Shown here in pieces: positions 1 to 10,200 of a stretch of DNA of 64,000 bases (the first letter of the stretch is position 1; each line of letters begins with the position of its first letter). The stretch lies in IMG/VR virus record IMGVR_UViG_3300033066_000905, positions 662 to 64,661 of that record; one strand, given 5' to 3'. The DNA is from a virus. The notes under the pieces were generated by a model that was not told the DNA's origin, made no database searches, and was given only the letters and a program-made list of their open reading frames with translations. Position numbers and translations under genes: made by a program.

Positions 1-212
1 TCCGGATTGGAGTGCTCAACGGCCAGGAAAGTTGTACCGGCCTTTTCTGAATAATTTGGTGAATCGGCATCAATCTCTTGTAGGAAGTTAATCTTGACGG
101 TCTGACCGTCGTCCAACTTTACCCACTTTGCCTTGGGCGCATCATCGAATGGTGCGTTTGCCTTGTCTAGATAACTTTCGAGGCCAGCGAGGCCGCGTAC
201 AATTCCTGCCAT
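1..212 (-). CDS. Single-stranded DNA-binding protein (gp32-like), 5' part; truncated by window edge
   Basis: Read manually: ATG at 212 with SD AAGGAG, translating MAGIVRGLAGLESYLDKANAPFDDAPKAKWVKLDDGQTVKINFLQEIDADSPNY..., open to base 1. It resembles actinophage SSB N-termini (recollection) and lies next to the primase. Confidence 0.65.
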   Translation of the reverse strand, partial: MAGIVRGLAGLESYLDKANAPFDDAPKAKWVKLDDGQTVKINFLQEIDADSPNYSEKAGTTFLAVEHSNP

Positions 213-260
213 GTTTTTCTCCTTGTGTGTAGTATGCCCCGTATGTGGGCTGTCCTTATA

Positions 261-1304
261 TTATACCATGTGAAGCATACGATATTCAACATCTGATACG
301 GTATTTTTTAGAATTTTTCTGATCTGATCTTCAGTCATGTCCCCGGCGTCTTTTGCATTGTCGGGATAGACCTCGGTGTCTGACCACTGTGCCCATTCTA
401 CCTCACGATCAAAGTTCTCCGCAATAGATAATCCAAGTTCTCTTCCTGGGTTGTGTCCGCGACACACGCCGTCGCACGGACGGCAAATGCCACGATACTG
501 AGGCTTGTCGTTGTCCGTCATGATAATTACTTTATCAAAGTAACGGTTCAAGAGTTGGAACTTGTACGGACTGATGTGCCCGCCGATTGTGGCGATCACG
601 TTTGGGTAACCGGCCTGGTGAACTTTCATCGCGTCAAAGGCTGCTTCTACCACAATGGCGGTGGCGCTGGCTCTCATGGCCCTGTTCATGTTAAAAAATA
701 CCTTGGCACTGGGAAGCCCCATGGAATTTTTGAAACGCTTGTCGGTGACGCTGCGCCCAATGATTCCCACGGGAATTCCGTTGTGGGCGTACACTGGAAC
801 GTCCACCATGTCCATCTTTTCAGAATAGCCAACAACAAAACTGTTTAATGTTTCTTTAGTGAATCCGCGACCAAACATGTAACGTTCGCCTGGTGACCCT
901 GGCAGAGCGTCGGCCAATTGACGAATCTTTGATTGATCAAACGCTATGAAGTCGTCTTCGGCCTTGAGAATGTTTGACAGTTCGTCTTCAAACTTTTCCT
1001 GCTGGGTGGGCTTGACGTTGATGATGAAACGCATGGCCTCAAAATCGTTCAAGTTCTTGGTGTGCTTAACAATGTCAAGAATTGTACCGCGCTCGCCACA
1101 CGCCGGATTAAAACAAATAAACTTGCCGTTGGACTTACTAATACTGAGACTTGGCGTGGACTCGTTGCGATGATACGGACACAGCAACAAAAGGTCGTGC
1201 CATGTTTCTGATGCTACTGTGATTCCTGCTTGTTCAATGACCCGCCGGATGTGTTGCGACGAGTATGTCTGGGTAGCAGTTTGCCCGAAAACGTTCCCTC
1301 CCAT
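261..1304 (-). CDS. dnaG: DNA primase (CHC2 zinc finger + TOPRIM)
   Basis: CPYH...CFNPAC zinc finger, VVEAAFDAM and MTDND TOPRIM motifs, KDAGDM. Track ORF runs to 1361; ATG at 1304 preferred. Confidence 0.9.
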   Translation of the reverse strand: MGGNVFGQTATQTYSSQHIRRVIEQAGITVASETWHDLLLLCPYHRNESTPSLSISKSNGKFICFNPACGERGTILDIVKHTKNLNDFEAMRFIINVKPTQQEKFEDELSNILKAEDDFIAFDQSKIRQLADALPGSPGERYMFGRGFTKETLNSFVVGYSEKMDMVDVPVYAHNGIPVGIIGRSVTDKRFKNSMGLPSAKVFFNMNRAMRASATAIVVEAAFDAMKVHQAGYPNVIATIGGHISPYKFQLLNRYFDKVIIMTDNDKPQYRGICRPCDGVCRGHNPGRELGLSIAENFDREVEWAQWSDTEVYPDNAKDAGDMTEDQIRKILKNTVSDVEYRMLHMV

Positions 1305-1537
1305 TTTTGTGCCTCTTTCTTGCCTAGATAGATGCCGTGCATCGTCAGTTTGAAGTACCATGTGTCATCATTGTACCATGTGCTCCACGCAGAATCTACA
1401 TCTAAAACCGGCACATAACCAGAAATCCTCATGTGTGACAACATGAGGGTTTCTAGTCCAGCACGAAGGCGGGGAATGTCGGAATCTGACCTGATAGTTC
1501 CTTCTGTCTGAAACCGTTTTATGTTTTTATGTGTCAA
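1214..1537 (-). CDS. Hypothetical phage protein
   Basis: 107-aa ORF with SD AAGGA and an upstream TGTTATAAT element; overlaps the primase start. Confidence 0.7.
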   Translation of the reverse strand: MTHKNIKRFQTEGTIRSDSDIPRLRAGLETLMLSHMRISGYVPVLDVDSAWSTWYNDDTWYFKLTMHGIYLGKKEAQKWEGTFSGKLLPRHTRRNTSGGSLNKQESQ

Positions 1538-1573
1538 GGGTTTTCCTTAATTTGTAAACCCTATTATAACACC

Positions 1574-1681
1574 TTATCGCTTAATTGTCTCGGACCCGCC
1601 CGTGCGAGTAGGCTGGGGAACGTCCTTTGGCGCTGGGCCAGCGGGCGTCGTGGGTAGCGGAATGCCGCTCTCGTTTACCAT
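1574..1681 (-). CDS. 35-aa Pro-rich peptide
   Basis: MVNESGIPLPTTPAGPAPKDVPQPTRTGGSETIKR. Strong SD AAGGAGG and TGATATAAT at about 1721-1729. Below the ORF-track cutoff. Confidence 0.55.
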   Translation of the reverse strand: MVNESGIPLPTTPAGPAPKDVPQPTRTGGSETIKR

Positions 1682-1729
1682 TATCAGATTTCCTCCTTAT
1701 CTAGCGTATGGATAAATTCTATTATATCA

Positions 1730-2392
1730 TTATTTAATTATTGGAAGCGACTTGGCGATCAGAGCCAACTGCGCGTCGGAAACATAAACGACGTTCACGT
1801 TCGCACTGTTACGCACGGACCAGTCATTCTTTCCCTTGAGCACAACCAAGTGCCCACCCAGTTGCGCGTACCAAGTTCCCGCGCCCATCTTGCTAACAAA
1901 AATATTCAAAGCGTCCTCCTCCTCCTTAATTTCTGGAATTTGAATTACTGGTTTTGGCTTTACGACCGGCTTTGGTGCCGGTGGCGGTGGTGGATTGACA
2001 CAATACGGAGCGGGATCAAAACAATCAGTTCCGTACCCGTAAGGATCGGTGCGTGCCTCAAAATGAAGATGCGGGCCAAAAGCCCTACCACGCTGACCGA
2101 CAATGCCAATCGGTGAATTTTCCTGAACCTGCTGTCCCACACCCACGTAACAATCTTCCAAGTGGGCGTACAGCAAATGAACACCGTCAGGAGTTTCAAC
2201 AATGACGGAACGGTCACCGTACGCATCACCCCATGAAGTGACGCCGGTTTCAATTACCACACCAGGAGTGGCGGAAAACACACCAGTTCCCTGATCAGCG
2301 GCAATGTCTGCGCCAGTGTGGCTTCCCCACGCCCAACTTCCAGGCACACCAAACGGTGTGGTAATCTCATGATTCGGAATTGGATTTGTCAT
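1730..2392 (-). CDS. M23-family peptidase, probable endolysin
   Basis: HTGAD, YAHL and GPHLHFE motifs, Pro-rich linker, short C-terminal domain. Confidence 0.85.
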   Translation of the reverse strand: MTNPIPNHEITTPFGVPGSWAWGSHTGADIAADQGTGVFSATPGVVIETGVTSWGDAYGDRSVIVETPDGVHLLYAHLEDCYVGVGQQVQENSPIGIVGQRGRAFGPHLHFEARTDPYGYGTDCFDPAPYCVNPPPPPAPKPVVKPKPVIQIPEIKEEEDALNIFVSKMGAGTWYAQLGGHLVVLKGKNDWSVRNSANVNVVYVSDAQLALIAKSLPIIK

Positions 2393-2408
2393 GTAATTAT
2401 TATACCAC

Positions 2409-3635
2409 TCATCCGTCTAAACCAGTGAAATTTTCTGTCATTTCACCCTTGGAAAAATCCACGTTCATGTAAACACAAAATTCTGGACCACTACGATTTT
2501 TGCGGCTGACGATTTCCATTATGTCCGTGTCATCGTAACGATGCACAGCCATCGCAACATCAGCGTCGTACTGAATTGATCGTGACCACGACACCTGTTC
2601 AAGCATCGGGGGAGAATCGGGAACCGTAAGATCACTGGCGGTCACGGCGCTAATGGCAATGATGGGAATATTGTTTCTTAGTGCCAACCGCTTGAGATCA
2701 CGCGAAATGTTGCGAATCTTTTCTGTTTCGTTGCGTGAACCGGTGCCGTCAGACATTAACTGAATGTAGTCAACCACAACAATGTCTGGCTTGTGCTGAT
2801 CAATCTTTGCTTGCAACACCGAAGGAGTGACCTCCGCAATTCCATCCGAAGAAACAATAATAAAATCCTGCTTATTTGCTACGTTATTCTTGCTCCAAGT
2901 ACGGAAATCGTCGGTGTCAATTGAACCCGTCTGAAAGTCTGCCATACGGAACATTCCGTCACCAAGAGTGGCATAAATCCTGTCCCTCATTGCAGCCGCC
3001 GTCATTTCCATGCTCACAATCATTGGCTTCTTGCCCTGCAAAAATGCCTGCTTGGCGAAATACCCCGACAGCCATGTCTTGCCTCTGCCAGAATAACCAA
3101 GCATGATTACTAGATTGCCCGCCGCAAATCCTGCGGGCATGGACGCGTCAATTGCTCTGAGTCCCGTCTTGATGCCCACGGAGCCGTCGTTGGAATCACG
3201 CATCAAACGAATCGAATCGTAATGCTGCTCTGCGGCCTTCACGTCCGTGACGTTCAAGTCTTTTACCGTGGTCGAATACTTTGCCAGAGTGGTAACGTCC
3301 TTAATCAAAGCGTCAAGGGTTCTGGTGGCGGTGTCTCCGGACAGAGACTTTCCGGCGGTCAACAGTGTTTGCTTGAGTTTCTGTTGCATGAACGACTCAC
3401 GCAACTCATCAAGGTAGTACTGTGTTGGGGCGGTGGTCTCTTCTGGAACAAACTGTCCAAACCTGTTCGTCAAAACCTCAACGTCGGGAACCGCATTGTA
3501 CTTGTGGTAGTAACTAATGAGTCCGTGAATAACGTCTGAGTGTGAAACAAACAGGTCGGTAACGTTTTCTCCAAGCACCACCCCAATGTCCTTGTTCTTG
3601 CACACCGCGCTAATTACCGCAGACTCACTGTTCAT
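2409..3635 (-). CDS. dnaB: Replicative DnaB-like helicase
   Basis: Walker A GYSGRGKT, SMEM, VVVDYIQLM, IQYDAD and KNRSG motifs. Confidence 0.93.
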   Translation of the reverse strand: MNSESAVISAVCKNKDIGVVLGENVTDLFVSHSDVIHGLISYYHKYNAVPDVEVLTNRFGQFVPEETTAPTQYYLDELRESFMQQKLKQTLLTAGKSLSGDTATRTLDALIKDVTTLAKYSTTVKDLNVTDVKAAEQHYDSIRLMRDSNDGSVGIKTGLRAIDASMPAGFAAGNLVIMLGYSGRGKTWLSGYFAKQAFLQGKKPMIVSMEMTAAAMRDRIYATLGDGMFRMADFQTGSIDTDDFRTWSKNNVANKQDFIIVSSDGIAEVTPSVLQAKIDQHKPDIVVVDYIQLMSDGTGSRNETEKIRNISRDLKRLALRNNIPIIAISAVTASDLTVPDSPPMLEQVSWSRSIQYDADVAMAVHRYDDTDIMEIVSRKNRSGPEFCVYMNVDFSKGEMTENFTGLDG

Positions 3636-3948
3636 TCTCTACCCTCTTCCGTGTCTCTTCCAAAATGGCCCGACGACGCTCCGCGTCCTTCTCTTTAATT
3701 ACCGAAAACGTAACAATCTTGTCGTAATTGTTGTACAAAAAACTCAACGAGTGGCGGTCAGAAGAAACCGTCTTGAAATACAAGTCAAGAACAATTCTGG
3801 CCTTTTCAACGCCAAGATCGTCAATCATTGACTCCATGCCCCACTTGTCACGGTACTTGTTAATTCGCGGCTTTACGCCGTACTTACTCAAATAAAGTTT
3901 CTCGTACTGTGACAGCAGAACGTACGGCTCCTGATTTTTTCTGGCCAC
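3625..3948 (-). CDS. Hypothetical protein (possible helicase partner)
   Basis: 107-aa ORF overlapping the helicase start; function inferred from position only. Confidence 0.65.
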   Translation of the reverse strand: MARKNQEPYVLLSQYEKLYLSKYGVKPRINKYRDKWGMESMIDDLGVEKARIVLDLYFKTVSSDRHSLSFLYNNYDKIVTFSVIKEKDAERRRAILEETRKRVENEQ

Positions 3949-4148
3949 TACCCCAACTCCTTCTTGGTCTCCTCAAGTTTCTCAATCAACTTTGCCTCCA
4001 CGTAATTGTACACCCTTTCAACGGCGTCGTCCACGTGTTCTCCGGATCGAACAAAATCTTCCAGACCAATGTCCACACGCAAGGACTGGAAATTTCCGGT
4101 GTTTGCGGTGAATCCAATATTAATTTTAACTTTCGTCGGTTCTGTCAT
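3948..4148 (-). CDS. Hypothetical phage protein
   Basis: MTEPTKVKINIGFTANTGNFQSLRVDIGLED...; SD GAAAGGG; coupled to its neighbours. Confidence 0.7.
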   Translation of the reverse strand: MTEPTKVKINIGFTANTGNFQSLRVDIGLEDFVRSGEHVDDAVERVYNYVEAKLIEKLEETKKELG

Positions 4149-4350
4149 CGTACACCCTTTCGTGATGGAATCCAAGATGCTGCTTCTTTTTTGGGTTTTC
4201 TGGTATTTTTCCTGCGAGTTCCGCGTACGTTATTCCAATGTTTAGCAGGGCCTCAATGTCACCCCGCCGTTTTGCTTCCTTGTGTGCGTCCTGTAGCACC
4301 TTAAGGCTTTTTCTCAGAATTGCGTTTGGAGTCATACTTTCTTTTGCCAT
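4126..4350 (-). CDS. Hypothetical protein
   Basis: 74-aa ORF with SD AAGGAG, in operon. Confidence 0.65.
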   Translation of the reverse strand: MAKESMTPNAILRKSLKVLQDAHKEAKRRGDIEALLNIGITYAELAGKIPENPKKKQHLGFHHERVYDDRTDES

Positions 4351-4358
4351 TTATCTCC

Positions 4359-4886
4359 TTAATATTCTTCTGACGCCCAAATTGGGACGTACCTGCCATC
4401 GTCGGTCCTTCCGTAGAAAAACAGATTGTTGATTGCTGCCGCACGAACTTCCTGCTCGTTTGGCACGCTGCGTGACTTAACCATACCATCCTTTCGGGGT
4501 CTACCGTAATGCATTCCTTTGACAACTTCAAAAATGTTCCACACGTCCTTGCGAGAGAACATGTACATCCCAGGAGCGCCCGTTTCCAGACAGTACGTTC
4601 TTTCTGGTTTTGGTATGAGTCCACGGTACACGTATTCAGAAATTGTGCGCGGAGCGCGGTTAACAATTTTACCGACCTGTGTTCTTGTCAAAGCCTGGTA
4701 TCCGGAACGTTGAACGTCCGACCAAGAATAAATGTACCGCTTTTTCTCGCTGTATTTCCACGCGTACACTTCGTCGGAACTTCTGTTTACGGCCAGAGTC
4801 TTGTGTAGTTTGTCTCCGTAAAAGAAGTACCGCCACTTGCGCCTCTTCTTCTTGTGCCCGATGGGCGAACTCTTTCTGCCAGCCAT
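4359..4886 (-). CDS. Helix-turn-helix DNA-binding protein (MerR/excisionase-like HTH)
   Basis: LTRTQVGKIVNRAPRTISEYVYRGLIPKP HTH pattern; basic N-terminus. Confidence 0.7.
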   Translation of the reverse strand: MAGRKSSPIGHKKKRRKWRYFFYGDKLHKTLAVNRSSDEVYAWKYSEKKRYIYSWSDVQRSGYQALTRTQVGKIVNRAPRTISEYVYRGLIPKPERTYCLETGAPGMYMFSRKDVWNIFEVVKGMHYGRPRKDGMVKSRSVPNEQEVRAAAINNLFFYGRTDDGRYVPIWASEEY

Positions 4887-4894
4887 AACTTTTA

Positions 4895-5059
4895 TTATAG
4901 CGCAGACAGACAGTGACGCGCAACAATTTTTACGGCGGCGAGGTTCTTGCTGCTCATGAACCAGCGTTTTCCACAGTTGAAGCAGTACGCTTCCACGGTT
5001 ATCTTACGGATGTTCATGGAGTCCACAAACACTGTGCCGCCACACTTGTCGCACTTCAT
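4895..5059 (-). CDS. Small zinc-ribbon protein
   Basis: CDKC...CFNC. ATG 5059 lies 5 nt after TGGTACAAT (track start 5086). Confidence 0.65.
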   Translation of the reverse strand: MKCDKCGGTVFVDSMNIRKITVEAYCFNCGKRWFMSSKNLAAVKIVARHCLSAL

Positions 5060-5082
5060 GTCCCATTGTACCATGGGGGGTC

Positions 5083-5868
5083 TCACACAGAAAACTTTTT
5101 TCCGTCAACGACACACGTGTAGTCCGGCTTGATCTCCACCAGCGAAATGTGAGCCTCGTCACCGTCAATGTACCCGTACGCAAAACCCTGCGCCCAGTTG
5201 TGAATGTTGGTGTACGACATGCCGGAACTGGCAATGTCTGACATGTGACCCAATTCGTACCCCCGCAACACTTCGTTGCGAATGTCGTACGTCTTGTGTG
5301 TGGTCGCCAAACGGTGACTGTGGCCACGAATAATTGACACCCCGAAAGAGTCCATGTCCGCTTTTACCGACTCGCCAGCGTGCTTAGAAATGGCAACACC
5401 GTGGTGTGCGTACAAACCGCCGTATCTCAAACGTGGCTTGTCTCCGTAATAAATGTAATCGTAGCCAAGATCGTCCAGCCCCCACAAAGAATTGGGAGTG
5501 ACCTCTTTACTAATTTCGTTAAGTTTCTTGTCCACGTAGTCAAACACACGAACGTCGTGATTGCCCAAAGCGACGAACAGTTCGGCGTTCTTGGCAATTT
5601 TGCGTGTCTGTTCGTACAGTTCACGGGCGCCCTTTGCTTCCGCCTGAATGTACGGCAAAAGATGTTCTGCACCTTCTTCTTTGTAAATATTAATAAACTC
5701 TTGGGACCGGCCCTCTGTCCAACGAGAATAACACGCCTGATCGTCCTGATCACCAAGGTAATCAATCACGTCGGGCTTGAATGATTTCATTACTTTAAAC
5801 CACAGTTCGACCGCTTTGGGATCGTGGTAAGGAATTTGTTGGTCGCTTGAAAGCAGCCACTTACGCAT
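5083..5868 (-). CDS. Calcineurin-like metallophosphoesterase
   Basis: SDQQ, LGD, GNHD, HHG and GHSH motifs; SD AGGAG before ATG 5868. Confidence 0.85.
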   Translation of the reverse strand: MRKWLLSSDQQIPYHDPKAVELWFKVMKSFKPDVIDYLGDQDDQACYSRWTEGRSQEFINIYKEEGAEHLLPYIQAEAKGARELYEQTRKIAKNAELFVALGNHDVRVFDYVDKKLNEISKEVTPNSLWGLDDLGYDYIYYGDKPRLRYGGLYAHHGVAISKHAGESVKADMDSFGVSIIRGHSHRLATTHKTYDIRNEVLRGYELGHMSDIASSGMSYTNIHNWAQGFAYGYIDGDEAHISLVEIKPDYTCVVDGKKFSV

Positions 5869-5928
5869 ATTGTCTCCTATCAATAGACATTGCCACCAGT
5901 GTAACAAACACCGGCAAAGAAATCTACA

Positions 5929-6339
5929 TTAAACTGGGGCGAACGCTACCCAGTTGACTCGCACTAGCGTGCCCTTGGGCACATAGTTACCAGTTTTAGT
6001 ATCAAACACCTGTACGGTGAACTTGGACGCGGTGGTGGCGTCAAATTTTACCCCGATCAGAAAACTGATCATGGGGCCGGTGGTGTTACCATTGGAAACA
6101 ATGACAAACGGCTTCGTTTTAAATTCCTTGCTGCCAAACTTTGACATGTTCATTCCGGCGTGTGCGCCTTCGGAATTGAACTTGATTGCGATGCCGCCAG
6201 TGCTGGACGTGACGGGCTGAACTGTCGAGCCGTACACCACTTGCATGTCCGTGAGTCCGTTAATCACGTCGGCTGACCAATTCAGCCAGCCCAAAGTGAG
6301 GGCTTGGCCCTCGCTCAATTTAGGAATTGGATTACCCAA
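5929..6339 (-). CDS. Hypothetical protein, possibly tail-associated (tail-fibre-tip/lectin-like C-terminus)
   Basis: Beta-rich, with F..KPFVIVS...FTV...VNWVAF pattern typical of phage fibre C-termini. Confidence 0.5.
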   Translation of the reverse strand: MGNPIPKLSEGQALTLGWLNWSADVINGLTDMQVVYGSTVQPVTSSTGGIAIKFNSEGAHAGMNMSKFGSKEFKTKPFVIVSNGNTTGPMISFLIGVKFDATTASKFTVQVFDTKTGNYVPKGTLVRVNWVAFAPV

Positions 6340-6739
6340 TGTCTTCTCCTTGTGTGTGAATTAACAACTCGTTGTTTCCAACAAGTATAGCATCGTTCAC
6401 GCTAAGATTCAAAGCGGTCAAAATGTCCGGCGACACAATTCTTCGGCGGCGGTTATCAGAAATGATCCACAAAGAATCAAGAGACTCCACTGAACGTAAC
6501 AATGTCCCGTCCCTGAAACCAATGTAAGTGTTGGCAAGGGGATAGTTTGCCAATGCTTCTACCGACGTTGGAAACGTTTTAAGGTTCCAAGAGTCCCGCG
6601 CACGCAAAGAAACAAAGGAGTAGCACTTGTGATTCTTAATGAAATAAGTTTGATTACCTACCACCACCGCAATCCCGTTGGGAAATTCTATTGGTCCGGA
6701 CGGTAACGCTAAATTATTCTGCTTCTTGCGTCTGAACAT
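6332..6739 (-). CDS. Hypothetical phage protein
   Basis: ORF in operon, GFRDGTL motif; ATG 6739 preferred (track start 6772). Confidence 0.65.
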   Translation of the reverse strand: MFRRKKQNNLALPSGPIEFPNGIAVVVGNQTYFIKNHKCYSFVSLRARDSWNLKTFPTSVEALANYPLANTYIGFRDGTLLRSVESLDSLWIISDNRRRRIVSPDILTALNLSVNDAILVGNNELLIHTQGEDIG

Positions 6740-6896
6740 TCTCAAGTTCAGCAATCTTTGCGTCTCTTTCATTCAAGAGAGTAATCGCTTCCGCCTTGAC
6801 CTTTGCCAGTTGCTCTTCGTACTGTGAGACAATCTGGCCGATTCGGCCGGTTAGTTCCTGTACTACCATGTCTTGCTGTGATTGTTGTTCTGTCAT
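6714..6896 (-). CDS. Small coiled-coil protein
   Basis: 60-aa heptad-like Q/E/L-rich ORF; ATGA overlap with the upstream gene. Confidence 0.65.
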   Translation of the reverse strand: MTEQQSQQDMVVQELTGRIGQIVSQYEEQLAKVKAEAITLLNERDAKIAELENVQTQEAE

Positions 6897-7210
6897 TGTT
6901 GTGTTGGTCCCTGTTCTAGTAGTTGTCGTCTTCCAATTTCTTGTGAAACTGCTTGGAGTTTTGGAATAACTCTATAAAGAGCATTATACATGTCGTAAAG
7001 TTTGCTGTCAAGGAAATCTTCATCAACTTCCGAGATTTTTTCAAAAACACTGGCGCGCAGGGTACTTTGGTATTCTTCAAGTACCTCTAGGGGCACGGAT
7101 GAACCCATCTGCACCAAATCAATGGCGGTGGCATTGAGGACCGTAGAGCCTTCAGAAATTGTGAGTACTACCTCAAGGTTGGTTTCGTCAATCGTGTACT
7201 TTGCGTCCAT
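6893..7210 (-). CDS. Hypothetical protein
   Basis: ATG 7210 lies 6 nt after TGGTACAAT (leaderless). Confidence 0.6.
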   Translation of the reverse strand: MDAKYTIDETNLEVVLTISEGSTVLNATAIDLVQMGSSVPLEVLEEYQSTLRASVFEKISEVDEDFLDSKLYDMYNALYRVIPKLQAVSQEIGRRQLLEQGPTQQ

Positions 7211-7231
7211 GCGTAGATTGTACCACAAAGA

Positions 7232-10200
7232 CTAACCAATGGCAAAACTGACTTGAGAGAAATCAACGTTTACGGCGTTTCCACCAGCCCCATAACCATC
7301 AACTTGAATCACGCCAGCGGTGGTAATAGTGCATAGTGCATTTCCAAGGGCGGTCCTAGCAATCCACGTAACTTGGTATGGTGGACGGGCTTCTACAGGC
7401 AAAATGTCGCACACCCGTCCAGTAGTTGAGGTAGTGGCGTGCTTTCCCATTCCTCTAATTCTTACCGTAAGATCGGGCATAATTTTGTATTGCATTCCGT
7501 AACCAATGCTGTCAGCATTTGCCCAACTATTATACCACCCCAAATCCTTCCACCCCTGATTACCTTCAATACGTATGTAATCAGCGCCAGAGTTTCCCTG
7601 TACTCTAAACTTTCCTCTAGAATGACCATTAGAAGCCTTTAAAAGATCACTGTCTGTAAAAGTAATTGTTGTTGCGTCAGCAAAAGTATCAAACGTACTA
7701 ATACAGTATCCTGCCGCCTGATCCTCAGCAGCCGCAGGAATAGCGGCGGTGGCAGAAATTTCAGTAGTTACGGCAGGAGTTTGAGTAAACTGTAGGTATG
7801 CCTGACGAACTGTAGTTGCAAACGGACCAGCACCGGTCATATTTGTTATTCCCAAAGATGGTCCGTGGAAAAATGCAACAGCAAAAGAACCTGCATTCAC
7901 CGCTTGAATCATTGCTGGGGTAGCATTAATTTTTGTTGAACCAGTGTAGAAGTTAATCTTTGGCCAATCCTGACCAGTAATGTTAAGATACGTACTGTTA
8001 TTTGTCTCACCACCGCCGTAACCAAGAGCCGCAACAGACGAACTGTCGAATGAACTAGACGATTCAATGCCAATTCGCGGACCTCTGTATCCGTACGACG
8101 CTTCTGTAGCACTGACGTATTTAGACCCACCAACAATTAGACCAGCGTTTGCTTGTGGTGGAGTCCACGTACGAGAATAGCCTTCCCACAGGCCCAGAGC
8201 GTCCACCAAAAATTCTTGTCCCGCTGTCGGGCTGGCCCTATTGTCCGCAACAATTACGGACGCTCCATTGGCATCGGCTGGCATTGCTGGAATAGTGTAG
8301 TAGACTTTTACCCATCCGTCCGTGCTTGTCACCGTTTTGTATCCACTGGTACCCAAAACGGTGTCGGCATAATACGATGGAGTCATTCGCAAATTAATTT
8401 CTACTTCTGTTGGCGTTGTAAGGTTGCCAGGAGAGCCAGAAAGATTGTACGTCTGTCTTCCAGAGACAACACTTCCAAGAGAAGAAACCGTTGCCGTTGT
8501 TCCGGTCCATACTGTCGCACCGATGGGGATTGTTCCTCCCGTAAGATTGCTGTACACCGTCATTGTGCTGCCACTAATTGTAATCATGAATCGACCACCC
8601 TGGAACGGAGAAATGATTACTCTTGCATCAATGGATTCTTGTGCCGCGTACGCTCCAGTTATGGTTGTCGAACTAACGGTTTGGCTCTTATCAACGGTGT
8701 ACGTCCCCTTTTGACCCAGAGCGGGTCCAGTACCGGCCTCGTCCAACAAAAATCCAGTAATTTTTGTGTTTGCTGTTACTCCGGTCCCAGTGATGGTTTG
8801 TCCAATGTACAATGTTCCAGAAGTGTATCCGGTTACCGTTAAAGTAGTTCCAGCAATTGAACCAGTTACCACGCCGGGAGTGGACGCGGGAACATAAAAA
8901 TATGCCATTGCCGTGTAAGCCTTGCCACCCTTTACTCCCCATACCACACTGGTTGTGTTTCCGGTGCCTTGTGTAGCGGCCTTTGTTATCTTAAATGACT
9001 TCCATCCAAATCCATCAGCAATGCCAAACTGTGTTGTTAGCCCCTGAATGGGTTTATTAACCGCCGCTCCATTCCAACCAGCAAATCCTGTTGTGGCCTG
9101 ATTGTACGCCGTCGCGTGGTTTAGACCAAGGATGTTTCTTGACGCCACGTTCATTGTGTTTTGGATCGTTCCGTTATCAGCATAAATGTCACCAAGAATG
9201 GTGGCGCTTGACGACACCAGCGCTCCCGCAGCCGTCACCGAAGTTTTTGAGTTGGTTCCGTTGGCATCATCGGCACCAGCAAAAAACGTAGTTCCAGATG
9301 TTGTTGCCGATAGTGACGTAAATGTTCCAGCGCCCGCGCCAGCGTACAATTGTGTGGCACCAAGCGTCCATCCACCAATAACACCCGACGTTGATTTAAT
9401 TGCTCCCGCAGAAGTTACCTCAAACGCGTTTGTTCCTGAACCGTCAGCGACGGTGCCACCAGCGTAGAATGAAATAGAATCCGCTGTAATCGTTGTTGGG
9501 GAAGAAACAGTTTGAGAAGGAGTAATTGTATATTTGCCAGTTCCTCCTTTTCCAGTGCCAAAGGCTGTAATCTTTGTCCCGGCCGTTACACCCGAACCAC
9601 TCAATGTTTGTCCTACCGCAAGCGATCCAGAAGTTACTGCTGAAACAGTTAATTCTGTACCAGAGATAGTTCCAGTAACAATGGCGGGAGCAGAAATGCC
9701 GGTGTACTTTCCAGAAGCCCCGCCAGCGTACATCTTGTTGTTATCAAAACGCCAACCGCCAATTCCACCAATACCGGTTGCGGACAACAAATAAAAAGTT
9801 TGTTGTTCATCAGCATTATACCCTCCAATGCCAAGGTTAGAAACGGTAACACGAGAACCTGTTGTTGGGGAAGAGCCAGCGTACAGATAGCCACCAGTGT
9901 CTACTTGAACGCTTCCGGTAAATTTTCCGCCAGTTGCAGTAATAGTTCCTCTGAGGGTTAATGCACCAGCACCGTCCCAGTAAAATTGATCACCAAGGCT
10001 AAACTTACCGCTAGTGTCAACATAAAAAGTTGTATTAGAATTGTTGTATGTTCCTGATCCAGAACTAAGATACATTTTTGTTGATGCAAGGTTGATTCCA
10101 CCAACGGTGCCAGAAGTTGCTGTTATGGAGCCAGCAGCGGTCACAAGGAATTTAGCGTTTGTTGCGCTTTTATCACTGGCCCCGGCAAAGAACGAGTTTC

